From Acidimicrobiales bacterium (GTDB lineage Bacteria > Actinomycetota > Acidimicrobiia > Acidimicrobiales > SZUA-35): a stretch of DNA of 64,000 nt. Below are positions 1 through 7,437 of this stretch, in pieces. The notes below the pieces were generated by a model. It was not told where the DNA came from. It worked only from the letters and a program-made list of their open reading frames with translations, and did no database searches. Location of the stretch: the NCBI GenBank assembly GCA_041394285.1, contig JAWKIL010000003.1:24534-88533 (forward strand). The letters run 5' to 3'. Position 1 is the first letter of the stretch. Every line of letters starts with the position of its first letter. Made by a program: the position numbers and the translations under genes.

Positions 1-20
1 GTGTCCCGGGGGCCGAGGCG

Positions 21-1409
21 TTGGCCGAGGCCCGGCGCCGGCTCGACGAGCCCCTCCGGGTGGCCATCGCCGGGAAGGTCAAAGCCGGCAAGTCGACCCT
101 GCTGAACGCCCTGGTGGGGGAGCGCCTGGCCCCCACCGACACCGGCGAGTGCACCAAGATCGTCACCTGGTACCGGGACGGCCACACCTACCAGGTGATC
201 CTGTATCCCCGAGACGGATCGGACCCGGTCCAGGTCCGCTTCGAGCGTGACGACGGCGCCATCGACGTGGACCTCGGCGGCCGGGATCCGGTGTCGGTCG
301 ACCGTCTCGACATCACGTGGCCCTCGTCGAACCTGCGCAAGATCACCCTGATCGACACCCCGGGGGTCGACACGCTGAGCGAAGGCGTGGCCGACAAGGC
401 CTTCGAGTTCCTGGACCCCAAGGACACCGAGACCCCGGCCGACGCCGTGCTGTACCTGATGAAGCACATCCACGCCGCCGACATGCGGCTGCTGGAGGCG
501 TTCCACGACGAGGCCGTGTCGCAACCCAACCCGGTGAACGCCATCGCCGTGCTGTCCCGGGCCGACGAGATCGGCGGCGGCCGGGTCGACTCGATGGCCT
601 CGGCCCGCAAGATCGCGGCCCGCCTGGCCCGCGACGGCCGGCTCCGTCGTCTGGTGCAGGTGGTCATCCCGGTGGCCGGCCTGCTGGCCGAGACGGCCGA
701 GACGCTCACCGAGCGAGAGTTCAAGCTGCTCACCGAGCTGGCCACGATGAGCCGCAGCGAGCTCGAGACCTATCTGCTGTCGGCCGACCGGTTCATCCAG
801 GGCACACCGGGGATGCCGCTGACCTCGCTGGAGCGGGAGGAGCTGCTGGGCCGGCTCGGGATCTACGGCATCCGCCAGTCGCTGGCGCTGGTCCGGTCCA
901 AGACGGTCCACTCCTCGGTGGAGCTGTCGCGCGAGCTGGTGGGCCGCTCGGGCCTGACCGATCTCCAGACGATCCTCACTACCCTGTTCGTCGACCGGGC
1001 CGCGGTGCTCAAGTGCCGCTCGGCCCTGCTCACGGTGGAGCGGCTGTGCGAGCAGAACCCGAACAACCCGGGTGCTGCCGGCCTGCTGCTCCAGATCGAG
1101 CAGATCATGGCGGTGGCCCACCCGTTCAACGAGCTGGCCACGCTGGCCGCCATCCGCACGGGGCGGATCAAGGCCCGCGAGCAGGACCTGCTCGACCTGG
1201 AACGCACCCTGGGGGCCACCGGCACCGCCCCCTGGCAGCGCCTGGGGCTGAAGCAGGACACGCCGGCCGACCAGATCCGCTCGGCTGCGTACGAGTCGAT
1301 CGCCCGCTGGCAGCGCCTGGCCGAGAACCCCCTGTCGCCCCACGAGCTGTCGCAGGCCGCCCGCATCGGGATCCGCAGCCTGGAGGAGCTGGCCGTCTCG
1401 CTGGGGTAG
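21..1409 (+). CDS. dynamin-family GTPase (possibly 5'-truncated by the window edge)
   Basis: 462-aa ORF. It has a P-loop (GKVKAGKST), a DTPG (G3) motif and a long helical C-terminal half. The frame stays open back to base 3, so the true start may lie upstream of the window. Confidence 0.8.
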   Translation: MAEARRRLDEPLRVAIAGKVKAGKSTLLNALVGERLAPTDTGECTKIVTWYRDGHTYQVILYPRDGSDPVQVRFERDDGAIDVDLGGRDPVSVDRLDITWPSSNLRKITLIDTPGVDTLSEGVADKAFEFLDPKDTETPADAVLYLMKHIHAADMRLLEAFHDEAVSQPNPVNAIAVLSRADEIGGGRVDSMASARKIAARLARDGRLRRLVQVVIPVAGLLAETAETLTEREFKLLTELATMSRSELETYLLSADRFIQGTPGMPLTSLEREELLGRLGIYGIRQSLALVRSKTVHSSVELSRELVGRSGLTDLQTILTTLFVDRAAVLKCRSALLTVERLCEQNPNNPGAAGLLLQIEQIMAVAHPFNELATLAAIRTGRIKAREQDLLDLERTLGATGTAPWQRLGLKQDTPADQIRSAAYESIARWQRLAENPLSPHELSQAARIGIRSLEELAVSLG

Positions 1410-1419
1410 CTCCCCGGTG

Positions 1420-2214
1420 TCAGAGGTCGAAGTGCTGGATCGACGGGTCGTGCGAGATCCGGTCGATCTCCACGTTCATGTCCGAGATGGAGACCGCCAG
1501 GTCCTCCAACCCTTCGTGCAGCGGCTCCTCGGGGGTGTCGTCGATGTCGTCGACCGCGTCGAAGTCGGCTGTGTCGTCGATGGGCACGAGGTGACCGTGG
1601 TCATCGTCGAAGTCGGTGAGCCCGTCGAGGGCGTCGTCGACAGGGCTTTCGGGATCGAAAGCGCCGTGGTCGGACGAGTAGTGAAAGTCGTGGTCGTCGA
1701 GGCCGTGGTCGAAGTCGGCCGGCGGGTGATGGCCGTCGCCGAAGCTGTCGCCGAACCCGTCGTCGAGCACGGTCCCGACCAGGTCATGATGGTCCAGGTC
1801 ATGATGGTCCAGGTCACCGAGCCCGTGGTGGTGATCGTCGAGGTCGCCGTCATGGTCGAAGTCGCCGGGGTCGCCGTCGCCCAGGTGGCCGCCCAGGTCG
1901 GGCGGGGTGCTGAGGTCGACCTCGGCCAGCACGGCGAACACGTCGCCGCCCTGGTCGATGACCTGGTCGATGGCGTGATCCATCGGCGAGGCCGGCAGGT
2001 CGTCGGGCTCGAAGGGCACGGGGGAGAACCGGGTCACCACCGGGGCCAGGGTGTCGGCCACGTCGAGCGGGGCCCGTTCGGCGAAGTGGAGCAGGGCCGA
2101 GGACAGGGCATCGGGGGGCAGGTCGCCCATCCCGTGCTGTTCGAGCACGGTGGCGGGGTCGATCCCTGCGCCGTGGGCCGACAGCATGGCGTCGATCATC
2201 TCTCGGAAGCTCAC
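1420..2214 (-). CDS. Asp/His-rich acidic protein (hypothetical, candidate metal-binding)
   Basis: ORF 1420..2271 trimmed to the GTG at 2214, which forms a GTGA overlap with the stop of the upstream gene (alternative ATG at 2199). The C-terminal ~170 aa are dominated by D/H/G (DHHHGLGDLDHHDLDHHDL...). No recognisable domain. Confidence 0.6.
   Translation of the reverse strand: MSFREMIDAMLSAHGAGIDPATVLEQHGMGDLPPDALSSALLHFAERAPLDVADTLAPVVTRFSPVPFEPDDLPASPMDHAIDQVIDQGGDVFAVLAEVDLSTPPDLGGHLGDGDPGDFDHDGDLDDHHHGLGDLDHHDLDHHDLVGTVLDDGFGDSFGDGHHPPADFDHGLDDHDFHYSSDHGAFDPESPVDDALDGLTDFDDDHGHLVPIDDTADFDAVDDIDDTPEEPLHEGLEDLAVSISDMNVEIDRISHDPSIQHFDL
1780..1816. repeat. 15-bp tandem repeat (caggtcatgatggtc x2 plus a partial copy) inside the Asp/His-rich CDS
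   Basis: Direct reading of 1780-1794 and 1795-1809, with a partial third copy. It encodes the DHHDLDHHDL duplication on the minus strand. Confidence 0.9.
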
Positions 2215-2918
2215 GACACCACTGTAGATCCGAGCCCGGGGTCGACCATCGGGGATTGCCCCGTGGGGCATGGGGGATCAGGATCCCGGGTCCAGGCCAG
2301 CGCGGCCTGGATGAGACCGTCGATCAGGTGGTTGACATGGGGAAAACGCTGGGTTTTGGGGTCGTGTGAGGGCCAGGCCAGCACCAGCGGGGTGAGGCCC
2401 CGGACCCGGGGCGGCAGCTCCAGCTGCATCCCGCCGCCGGCCGTGAGGTTGCACGGGTTGTCGGGATGGAGCCCACGGAGCGACTTCGGGATCCGGTCGA
2501 TGTCGTCGATCGTCTCGTAGGCGGGCAGGGCGTCACGGATGTGGCGGGCCACGTGGGAGGCCAGGTGCCGGTTGGCGCCGCCACACAGGAGGCTGGCGAA
2601 ATGGCCCTGCAGGCCGTAGCCGTGCACGGCGATGACCCACCGGCAATGGGCCACGAAGGCGGCGAGCTTGGGCGACTGGGCGGGGTCGACGAGGGTGGAC
2701 GGGATGTGGTGCCGCATCCCCCGGGGCTGGATCACCCCGTAGAACGACGATCCCGACCTGGCCGCCGCTTCGGACGCGATCTGCTCGGTGACCCGTTCCA
2801 GGTTGCCGCCGTGGAAGGCGCAGAACCCGACCGGGCCCTTCAGGTCGAGGATCTCCACCACCCCGGGCCGGGCCAGAAGCTCGGCGAAGGTGATCGGGGT
2901 GCGGTCGACGTCCTGCAT
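2211..2918 (-). CDS. poly-gamma-glutamate hydrolase family protein (DUF867/UPF0714, YjqB-like)
   Basis: 235-aa ORF with the FHGGNLERVTEQIA and IAVHGY motifs characteristic of the PghP/YjqB zinc-hydrolase family. It starts 8 nt downstream of the ccdA stop. Confidence 0.75.
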   Translation of the reverse strand: MQDVDRTPITFAELLARPGVVEILDLKGPVGFCAFHGGNLERVTEQIASEAAARSGSSFYGVIQPRGMRHHIPSTLVDPAQSPKLAAFVAHCRWVIAVHGYGLQGHFASLLCGGANRHLASHVARHIRDALPAYETIDDIDRIPKSLRGLHPDNPCNLTAGGGMQLELPPRVRGLTPLVLAWPSHDPKTQRFPHVNHLIDGLIQAALAWTRDPDPPCPTGQSPMVDPGLGSTVVS

Positions 2919-2925
2919 GGCCGGC

Positions 2926-3792
2926 CTAGTGGGACAGGGCCAGCCCCCGGGCCCGGCGTCGGGCCACGAAGCCGGCCACGGCCAGCCCGGCGTTGAGGAC
3001 CAGGAACCCCCAGCCCAGGATGGCGGTGCGGGCGTCGATCCAGTTGCTGACGTCGGCCTGGATCCGCTCCACCGAGTTCACCGGGCCTGCCGGGATGCCG
3101 ATCGGGTCGGTTGACCAGTAGCCGTACCAGGCCACGTAGAGGCCGACGATGATGAGGATGACGGCCGAGACGACCTGAATGCGGGGCAGGAGGCGGCGGA
3201 AGGCCCCCACCAGACCCTTGCGGCCGAAGGCGACGGCCAGGGTCAGGCCGGTGGCCAGCAGGCCCATGCCCAGCCCGTAGGACAGGAAGGCGCCGAAGCG
3301 ACGGCCGAAGGTGTCGCCGGCGGCGGCGTAGCCGATGGCGCTGAGGAAGATGCTGATCGTGCAGCTGAGCGAGGCGACGGCGTAGGACACGCCGAACAGG
3401 AACATGCTGAACGCCGACCGGCTGCCCGTGCCCCGCTCCAACTTGGGGATCGACAGCATGGGCTGGAAGCCGAGGACCATGGCCACGCCCAGGCCGACCA
3501 GGCCGAGGCCCAACACCAGGGTCACCCACGGCAGGTAGCCGGCCACCTGGCCGATCACCTCGGCCAGGGCCAGGCCGAGCAGGCCGAACACGGCCAGGAA
3601 GCCGGCCGAGAGCGACAGGCCCACCACCTGGGCCCGGTTGAGGGCGATGATCCGGTTGTCGGCGCTGCCGTCGCCGTCGGTGCCCACGAAATAGCCCAGG
3701 TACGCCGGGAGCAGGGCGAACCCGCACGGGTTGACCAGCCCCACCATGCCCAGGGCGAAGGCCCGGGCGTCGAAGACGTCACCCAGGGTCAA
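2926..3792 (-). CDS. ccdA: cytochrome c biogenesis protein CcdA (DsbD-like thiol-disulfide transporter)
   Basis: ORF 2926..4251 trimmed to the in-frame TTG at 3792, which overlaps the stop of the thioredoxin gene. It is a polytopic membrane protein with the NPCGFALLP and SLSCT cysteine motifs typical of CcdA. Confidence 0.85.
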   Translation of the reverse strand: MTLGDVFDARAFALGMVGLVNPCGFALLPAYLGYFVGTDGDGSADNRIIALNRAQVVGLSLSAGFLAVFGLLGLALAEVIGQVAGYLPWVTLVLGLGLVGLGVAMVLGFQPMLSIPKLERGTGSRSAFSMFLFGVSYAVASLSCTISIFLSAIGYAAAGDTFGRRFGAFLSYGLGMGLLATGLTLAVAFGRKGLVGAFRRLLPRIQVVSAVILIIVGLYVAWYGYWSTDPIGIPAGPVNSVERIQADVSNWIDARTAILGWGFLVLNAGLAVAGFVARRRARGLALSH

Positions 3793-4370
3793 AGCTTGAC
3801 CTGCAGATGCTCGTCGATCAGGCCCTTCAGCTCCTCGGCGTCGATGATGCCGGAGTGCTGGTAGGCCACGGTGCCGTCGGGGTTGATGAGCACGGTGGAG
3901 GGCATGCCGATCAGGCCGAGCTCGGAGAAGATGACGTTGTCGGGTTGGAACACGGTGGGGTAGCTCACCTGGCTCTCGGCCACGAAGCTCCGCCAGGCGT
4001 CCTCCGTGAGGTCGGCATTGACGCCGAGGAAGTCGACCTTGCCCTGGGCCTGCTCGAACGTGGCCTGGATGTCGGGCATCTCGGCCCGGCAGGGGGCGCA
4101 CCAGGAGGCGAAGAAGTTCAGCACCAGGGGCTGGCCCTCGAAGTCGGCCAGGGTGCCCTGCGAGCCGTCTTCCTTGGTGAAGCTCAGCGAGTTGAACCGG
4201 CTGGGGTCGAGGGTGTCGCCGCTGCCGCCCGACCGGAAGACCACACCCCACAGCGCGCCGGCGGCCACCACCGCCACCACGGCCAGGATGATCAGCGGTC
4301 TCATCCGGGAGCGCTCGCCGGCGGGCTCGTGCTCGGCTTGTTCGACGTGCTCGGAGGTTGTGTCGGCCAT
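3789..4370 (-). CDS. TlpA/ResA-family thiol-disulfide oxidoreductase (membrane-anchored thioredoxin)
   Basis: 193-aa ORF with an N-terminal TM segment, a WCAPC active site and a thioredoxin fold. It is translationally coupled to ccdA. Confidence 0.9.
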   Translation of the reverse strand: MADTTSEHVEQAEHEPAGERSRMRPLIILAVVAVVAAGALWGVVFRSGGSGDTLDPSRFNSLSFTKEDGSQGTLADFEGQPLVLNFFASWCAPCRAEMPDIQATFEQAQGKVDFLGVNADLTEDAWRSFVAESQVSYPTVFQPDNVIFSELGLIGMPSTVLINPDGTVAYQHSGIIDAEELKGLIDEHLQVKL

Positions 4371-4409
4371 GCCAGTTCCCAGAAGTAGACCTTAGAGAAC
4401 GGTACCTCG

Positions 4410-4453
4410 AAAAAGGGGTCGGCCCCGCCTCCGGAGGGAAGGAGACGGGGCCG
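4410..4453 (-). terminator. intrinsic terminator downstream of the whiB7-like gene
   Basis: On the minus strand, an 8-bp stem (cggccccg ... cggggccg) with an internal palindrome (cctccggagg) is followed by acccctttttcg (U-run). It lies 16 nt after the whiB stop. Confidence 0.7.
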
Positions 4454-4468
4454 AGATCGGCCCGCTGA

Positions 4469-4801
4469 TCAGGCGATCAGGCGCTGCAGGTGCTCGGGCA
4501 CGGGGACCACGGGCAGCTGGTCCTCGGGCCGGGGGTGCTTGGGCGGCCGCCCCCTGCGCCGCTTGATGGTCAGGATCCGCCCGCCAGCGAAGAGCTGGCC
4601 GCCCCAGACCCCGCAGGGCTCGGACCGGCCGATGGCCCCTTCGAGGCAGGGAGCGATGACCGGGCACTCGGCGCAGATGCGCTTGGCAGCGGCGATGTCC
4701 TGCAGCTCCTCGCTGAAGAACAGGTCGGAGGCGCCGGCAACCACACGGCAGGCCGCAGCGTCCTCCCAGGTGGCCTTGAGCTCTTCGTCGATGATGGTCA
4801 T
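4469..4801 (-). CDS. whiB7: WhiB-family transcriptional regulator with C-terminal AT-hook (WhiB7/WblC-like)
   Basis: It has four Fe-S cysteines (C-x22-C-x2-C-x5-C). SEPCGVWGGQ resembles the WhiB7 EPWGVWGG turn. The C-terminal KRRRGRPPK is an AT-hook (RGRP core). Start set at ATG 4801; the track ORF begins at an upstream TTG. Confidence 0.85.
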   Translation of the reverse strand: MTIIDEELKATWEDAAACRVVAGASDLFFSEELQDIAAAKRICAECPVIAPCLEGAIGRSEPCGVWGGQLFAGGRILTIKRRRGRPPKHPRPEDQLPVVPVPEHLQRLIA

Positions 4802-4927
4802 GTCATTGCCTTGTCTCAAATGGTGGTGGGTTTTGCGTGTCGGCCCGCCTAAGAGAGAGGCGGGCGGGAGATTTGATGCGTCGATTTCGTCGCAGGCGCT
4901 CCGGCCGCTTCTGGCGCTGCCAGTGGC

Positions 4928-4971
4928 CGAAAAGCAGAAGAGCCGCTGGGGGCTCGTGCTCCCAGCGGCTC
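4928..4971 (-). terminator. intrinsic terminator/attenuator between the uORF and whiB7-like gene
   Basis: On the minus strand, an 11-bp perfect stem (gagccgctggg / cccagcggctc, 10-nt loop) is followed by ttctgcttttcgg. It begins 21 nt after the stop of the 63-codon ORF. Confidence 0.75.
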
Positions 4972-4991
4972 AGTGGCGGCTCCTGCTCTTG

Positions 4992-5183
4992 TCAGGAAGC
5001 TGGCCTCCAACGCTGGGAGTGGTGGTCCGGGCCGAACTTGGTGGCGTGGGCCCAGGCGGCCTCGATGCGCTCGTAGGCAACGGCGGTCATCGGGGCGCAA
5101 GTGTCCTGCATCACGGTCGACGTGGCCGGCACCCGGAGATTGCAGCGGGCGTCGATCTGGTTTACGAGGTTCAGGTTGCTCAT
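4992..5183 (-). CDS. 63-codon upstream ORF / small protein in the whiB7-like leader
   Basis: An ATG is preceded by GGAAAGGAG 7 nt upstream, and the ORF is followed by an intrinsic terminator. I recognise no homology. See the finding on leader attenuation. Confidence 0.55.
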   Translation of the reverse strand: MSNLNLVNQIDARCNLRVPATSTVMQDTCAPMTAVAYERIEAAWAHATKFGPDHHSQRWRPAS

Positions 5184-5254
5184 CGCCGCACTCCTTTCCG
5201 GGGCACACGTTGCTGTCGGGTCGTTCTGAGTACGGAACTACGTATCAGCGGGAC

Positions 5255-5269
5255 TGTCAAACGATTTAT
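5255..5269 (-). promoter_or_regulatory. candidate promoter -35 (TTGACA) with an adjacent AT-rich tract (ATAAAT)
   Basis: The minus strand reads cATAAATcgtTTGACAgtc in the only AT-enriched stretch of the 5184-5296 divergent intergenic region. I could not place a convincing -10 element. Confidence 0.35.
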
Positions 5270-5296
5270 GAGAGGATCCCAGTAGGGTTCGCCCTC

Positions 5297-6097
5297 GTGG
5301 ACCCAGGGTCTCTCCTCCAGTGTGAGCCCGCACCGGGCGGCCGTCGGTTCTCGGGACGGCGCCGGGTACGTCTGGGCGACGTCACAAGCGGGGGACGGCT
5401 CCGGCTCGACGCCCTCACCCGCTACACCCAGGACGTCTCCGACGACGACACCACGAACGCCGGCCTGACCGATCCCGACGATCCGTCCGAGCCGGCGTGG
5501 GTGGTCCGGCGCACGGCCGTGGCCGAGGTGCGGGCGGCCCGCCTGGGGGAGGACATCGAGATCACCACGTTCTGCTCCGGTCTGGGGCGGCGCTGGGCCG
5601 AGCGCCATCTGCACGTGGCGGGCAGCGATGGCGCCCGCTACGAGGTGTCGACCCTGTGGATCTGTATCGACGCCACCACCGGCCGGCCCCGGGAGCTGAC
5701 CGAGCGTTTCCGGAGCCTCTACGGCCCGGCCGCCGGCGGCCGCCAGGTGTCGGCCCGGCTCACCCACCCCCGGCCCGAGCCGGCCGCGTCCCGGTTCCCC
5801 TGGCCCCTACGGGCCGTCGACCTCGACGTCTACGGCCACGTGAACAACGCCGCCTACTGGGCGGTGGTGGAGGAATGGCTCGACGGCCACCCGCTCGCCC
5901 CGCCCTTCGCCGCCAGCCTGGAGTACGCCGCCGGTCTGGACCGGGGGGCCGAGGTGGAGGTGGCCTGGGAACCGGCGAGCGGCGGTGGCGCTCAGCTCTG
6001 GTGGCTGGCGCCCGACGGGACCGTGCCGGCGTCGGCCGAGCTGGTGTCGTTGGTGCCGAGCGGCACGGCCGCCTCGGGGGCCAGGAACACCGTCTGA
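5297..6097 (+). CDS. acyl-ACP thioesterase family protein
   Basis: ORF 4973..6097 trimmed to GTG 5297. It has the double hotdog-type pattern (RLDALTRYTQDVS..., VDLDVYGHVNNAAYW) typical of FatA/B-like acyl-ACP thioesterases. Confidence 0.7.
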   Translation: MDPGSLLQCEPAPGGRRFSGRRRVRLGDVTSGGRLRLDALTRYTQDVSDDDTTNAGLTDPDDPSEPAWVVRRTAVAEVRAARLGEDIEITTFCSGLGRRWAERHLHVAGSDGARYEVSTLWICIDATTGRPRELTERFRSLYGPAAGGRQVSARLTHPRPEPAASRFPWPLRAVDLDVYGHVNNAAYWAVVEEWLDGHPLAPPFAASLEYAAGLDRGAEVEVAWEPASGGGAQLWWLAPDGTVPASAELVSLVPSGTAASGARNTV

Positions 6098-6597
6098 CGG
6101 TAGAAGCGGAGCTCCTTGATGCTCTCGCTGATGTCGTCGAGCGCCCGATGGCCGGCGTCCTTGCGGGGGGCGGAAGCCAGCACCGCCGGGTACCAGCGCC
6201 GGGCCAGCTCCTTGATGGTGGACACGTCGACCGAGCGGTAGTGGAGGAACTCCTCCACCTCGGTCATGTGGAGGGCCAGGAAGCGGCGGTCCATGCCGAT
6301 CGAGTTGCCGCACAGGGGCACCGACCGGGGTGTGTCGATGTGCTGGCGGAGAAAAGCCATGGTCTGGGCCGTGGCCTCTTCCAGGGTCACCGTGGACGCC
6401 CGGATCTGCTCCAGCAGGCCCGATTTGGTGTGCATGTCGACCACCACGGGCTCCATGGCGGCCAGCTCATCCTCGGTGGCGTGGATCACCAGGTCGGGAC
6501 CCTCGGCGATGATGTTCAGCTCGTCGTCGGTGAGCAGGGTGGCGATTTCGACGATGACGTGGCGGGCCGGATCGAGTCCGGTCATCTCTAGATCCAT
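5992..6597 (-). CDS. orn: oligoribonuclease
   Basis: WMDLEMTGLDP, a DEDDh exonuclease pattern, and HRALDDISESIKELRFYR. ORF 5992..7233 trimmed to ATG 6597 (alternative TTG at 6609). Confidence 0.9.
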   Translation of the reverse strand: MDLEMTGLDPARHVIVEIATLLTDDELNIIAEGPDLVIHATEDELAAMEPVVVDMHTKSGLLEQIRASTVTLEEATAQTMAFLRQHIDTPRSVPLCGNSIGMDRRFLALHMTEVEEFLHYRSVDVSTIKELARRWYPAVLASAPRKDAGHRALDDISESIKELRFYRQTVFLAPEAAVPLGTNDTSSADAGTVPSGASHQS

Positions 6598-6636
6598 CCA
6601 GGCGAGCAAGGCCCCTATCCTAACGCCGAGCCTGAC

Positions 6637-7077
6637 GTGCCCATCCTCCGGCTCGACGACGATCGGGACGATCCGCTGGCGGTCCCGGCCCGGATCCGGG
6701 CGGGCGACGCCGCCGCCGACCTCCCGGCCCGCCACGACGTCACCATCGGCCCGGGGGAGCGGTGCCTGGTGCCCACCGGATTCGCCGTGGCCCTCCCCGA
6801 GGGCACGTGCGGGCTGCTCCTGCCCCGTTCGGGCCTCGCCCTGTCGCACGGGGTGACCCTGCTGAACTCGCCCGGCCTGATCGACTCCGGCTACCGCGGC
6901 GAGCTGCAGGTGGTGCTGCTCAACACTTCCCGCGAGGCCGTGACCCTCAGCCGGGGCCAGCGCATCGCCCAACTGCTGGTGCTGGCCGTCGACGAGCTCC
7001 GCCTGATGGAGGTGGCAGAGCTGCCCCCCAGCCACGACCAGCGGGGTACGGCCGGCTTCGGCAGCTCGGGGAGCTAG
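6637..7077 (+). CDS. dut: dUTP diphosphatase
   Basis: 146-aa ORF with the PRSGLA, GLIDSGYRGE and RIAQLV motifs and a C-terminal RGTAGFGSSG. Confidence 0.92.
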   Translation: MPILRLDDDRDDPLAVPARIRAGDAAADLPARHDVTIGPGERCLVPTGFAVALPEGTCGLLLPRSGLALSHGVTLLNSPGLIDSGYRGELQVVLLNTSREAVTLSRGQRIAQLLVLAVDELRLMEVAELPPSHDQRGTAGFGSSGS

Positions 7078-7430
7078 AGCCCGGCGGCGCCCAGGCGGAG
7101 ATCGATGGCGGTGGGGCCCACGTGGACCTCGTCGACGATGGCGGCCAGCGACGACGACACGGCTCGGCTGGTGGGCTCGTCGAGCACCTGGTCGGGGTTG
7201 TCGATCGTGATCATGAGCTGGTGGGGCATCCACCGGGCGTTCAGGTAGATGCGGCCCTTGCCGTGGAGGGCGGCCACCGCCTCGTCCACCGCCATACGCA
7301 GCTTCTCCACCTCGGCGATGTCGACGCCCAGACGCAGGGCCAGGCCGGCCACCGCCACCCGGCCGATCCGGCTGAACGCGGGGGAGGCGGGGAACGACAC
7401 CTTCACCTGATCCTGGGTGCCATCGTTCAC
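7074..7430 (-). CDS. short RsbW-like (anti-sigma regulatory factor N-terminal-like) protein
   Basis: 118 aa. VSFPASPAFSRIGRVAVAGLALRLGVDIAEVEKLRMAVDEAV resembles the N-terminal half of HATPase_c-type anti-sigma factors, but no ATP-lid motifs are seen. It starts 8 nt after the ligase stop. Confidence 0.45.
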   Translation of the reverse strand: MNDGTQDQVKVSFPASPAFSRIGRVAVAGLALRLGVDIAEVEKLRMAVDEAVAALHGKGRIYLNARWMPHQLMITIDNPDQVLDEPTSRAVSSSLAAIVDEVHVGPTAIDLRLGAAGL

Positions 7431-7437
7431 CCCGCCA

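Noticed and set aside
317-1594. A 425-aa plus-strand ORF overlapping the dynamin gene in another frame. The same class includes many other long ORFs, for example 2840..3727(-), 7427..8368(-), 11257..12594(+), 13600..14955(-), 17211..18377(-), 18813..20495(+), 20224..21345(+), 21236..22963(+), 42658..44820(+), 57732..59837(+), 61050..63002(+) and 63208..63945(-).
   Set aside because: Their translations are Arg/Pro/Gly/Ala-dominated low-complexity strings with no motifs. Each is fully overlapped by an ORF with clear domain signatures and proper third-position GC bias. Shadow ORFs of this kind are expected at about 70% GC because stop codons are rare.
1780-1816. Could the short tandem repeats (here and at 33375, 34116, 40281, 55861) represent CRISPR arrays or minisatellites?
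   Set aside because: Units are 6-15 bp with 2-4 contiguous copies and no spacers. Most lie in frame within coding low-complexity regions. This is not CRISPR architecture.
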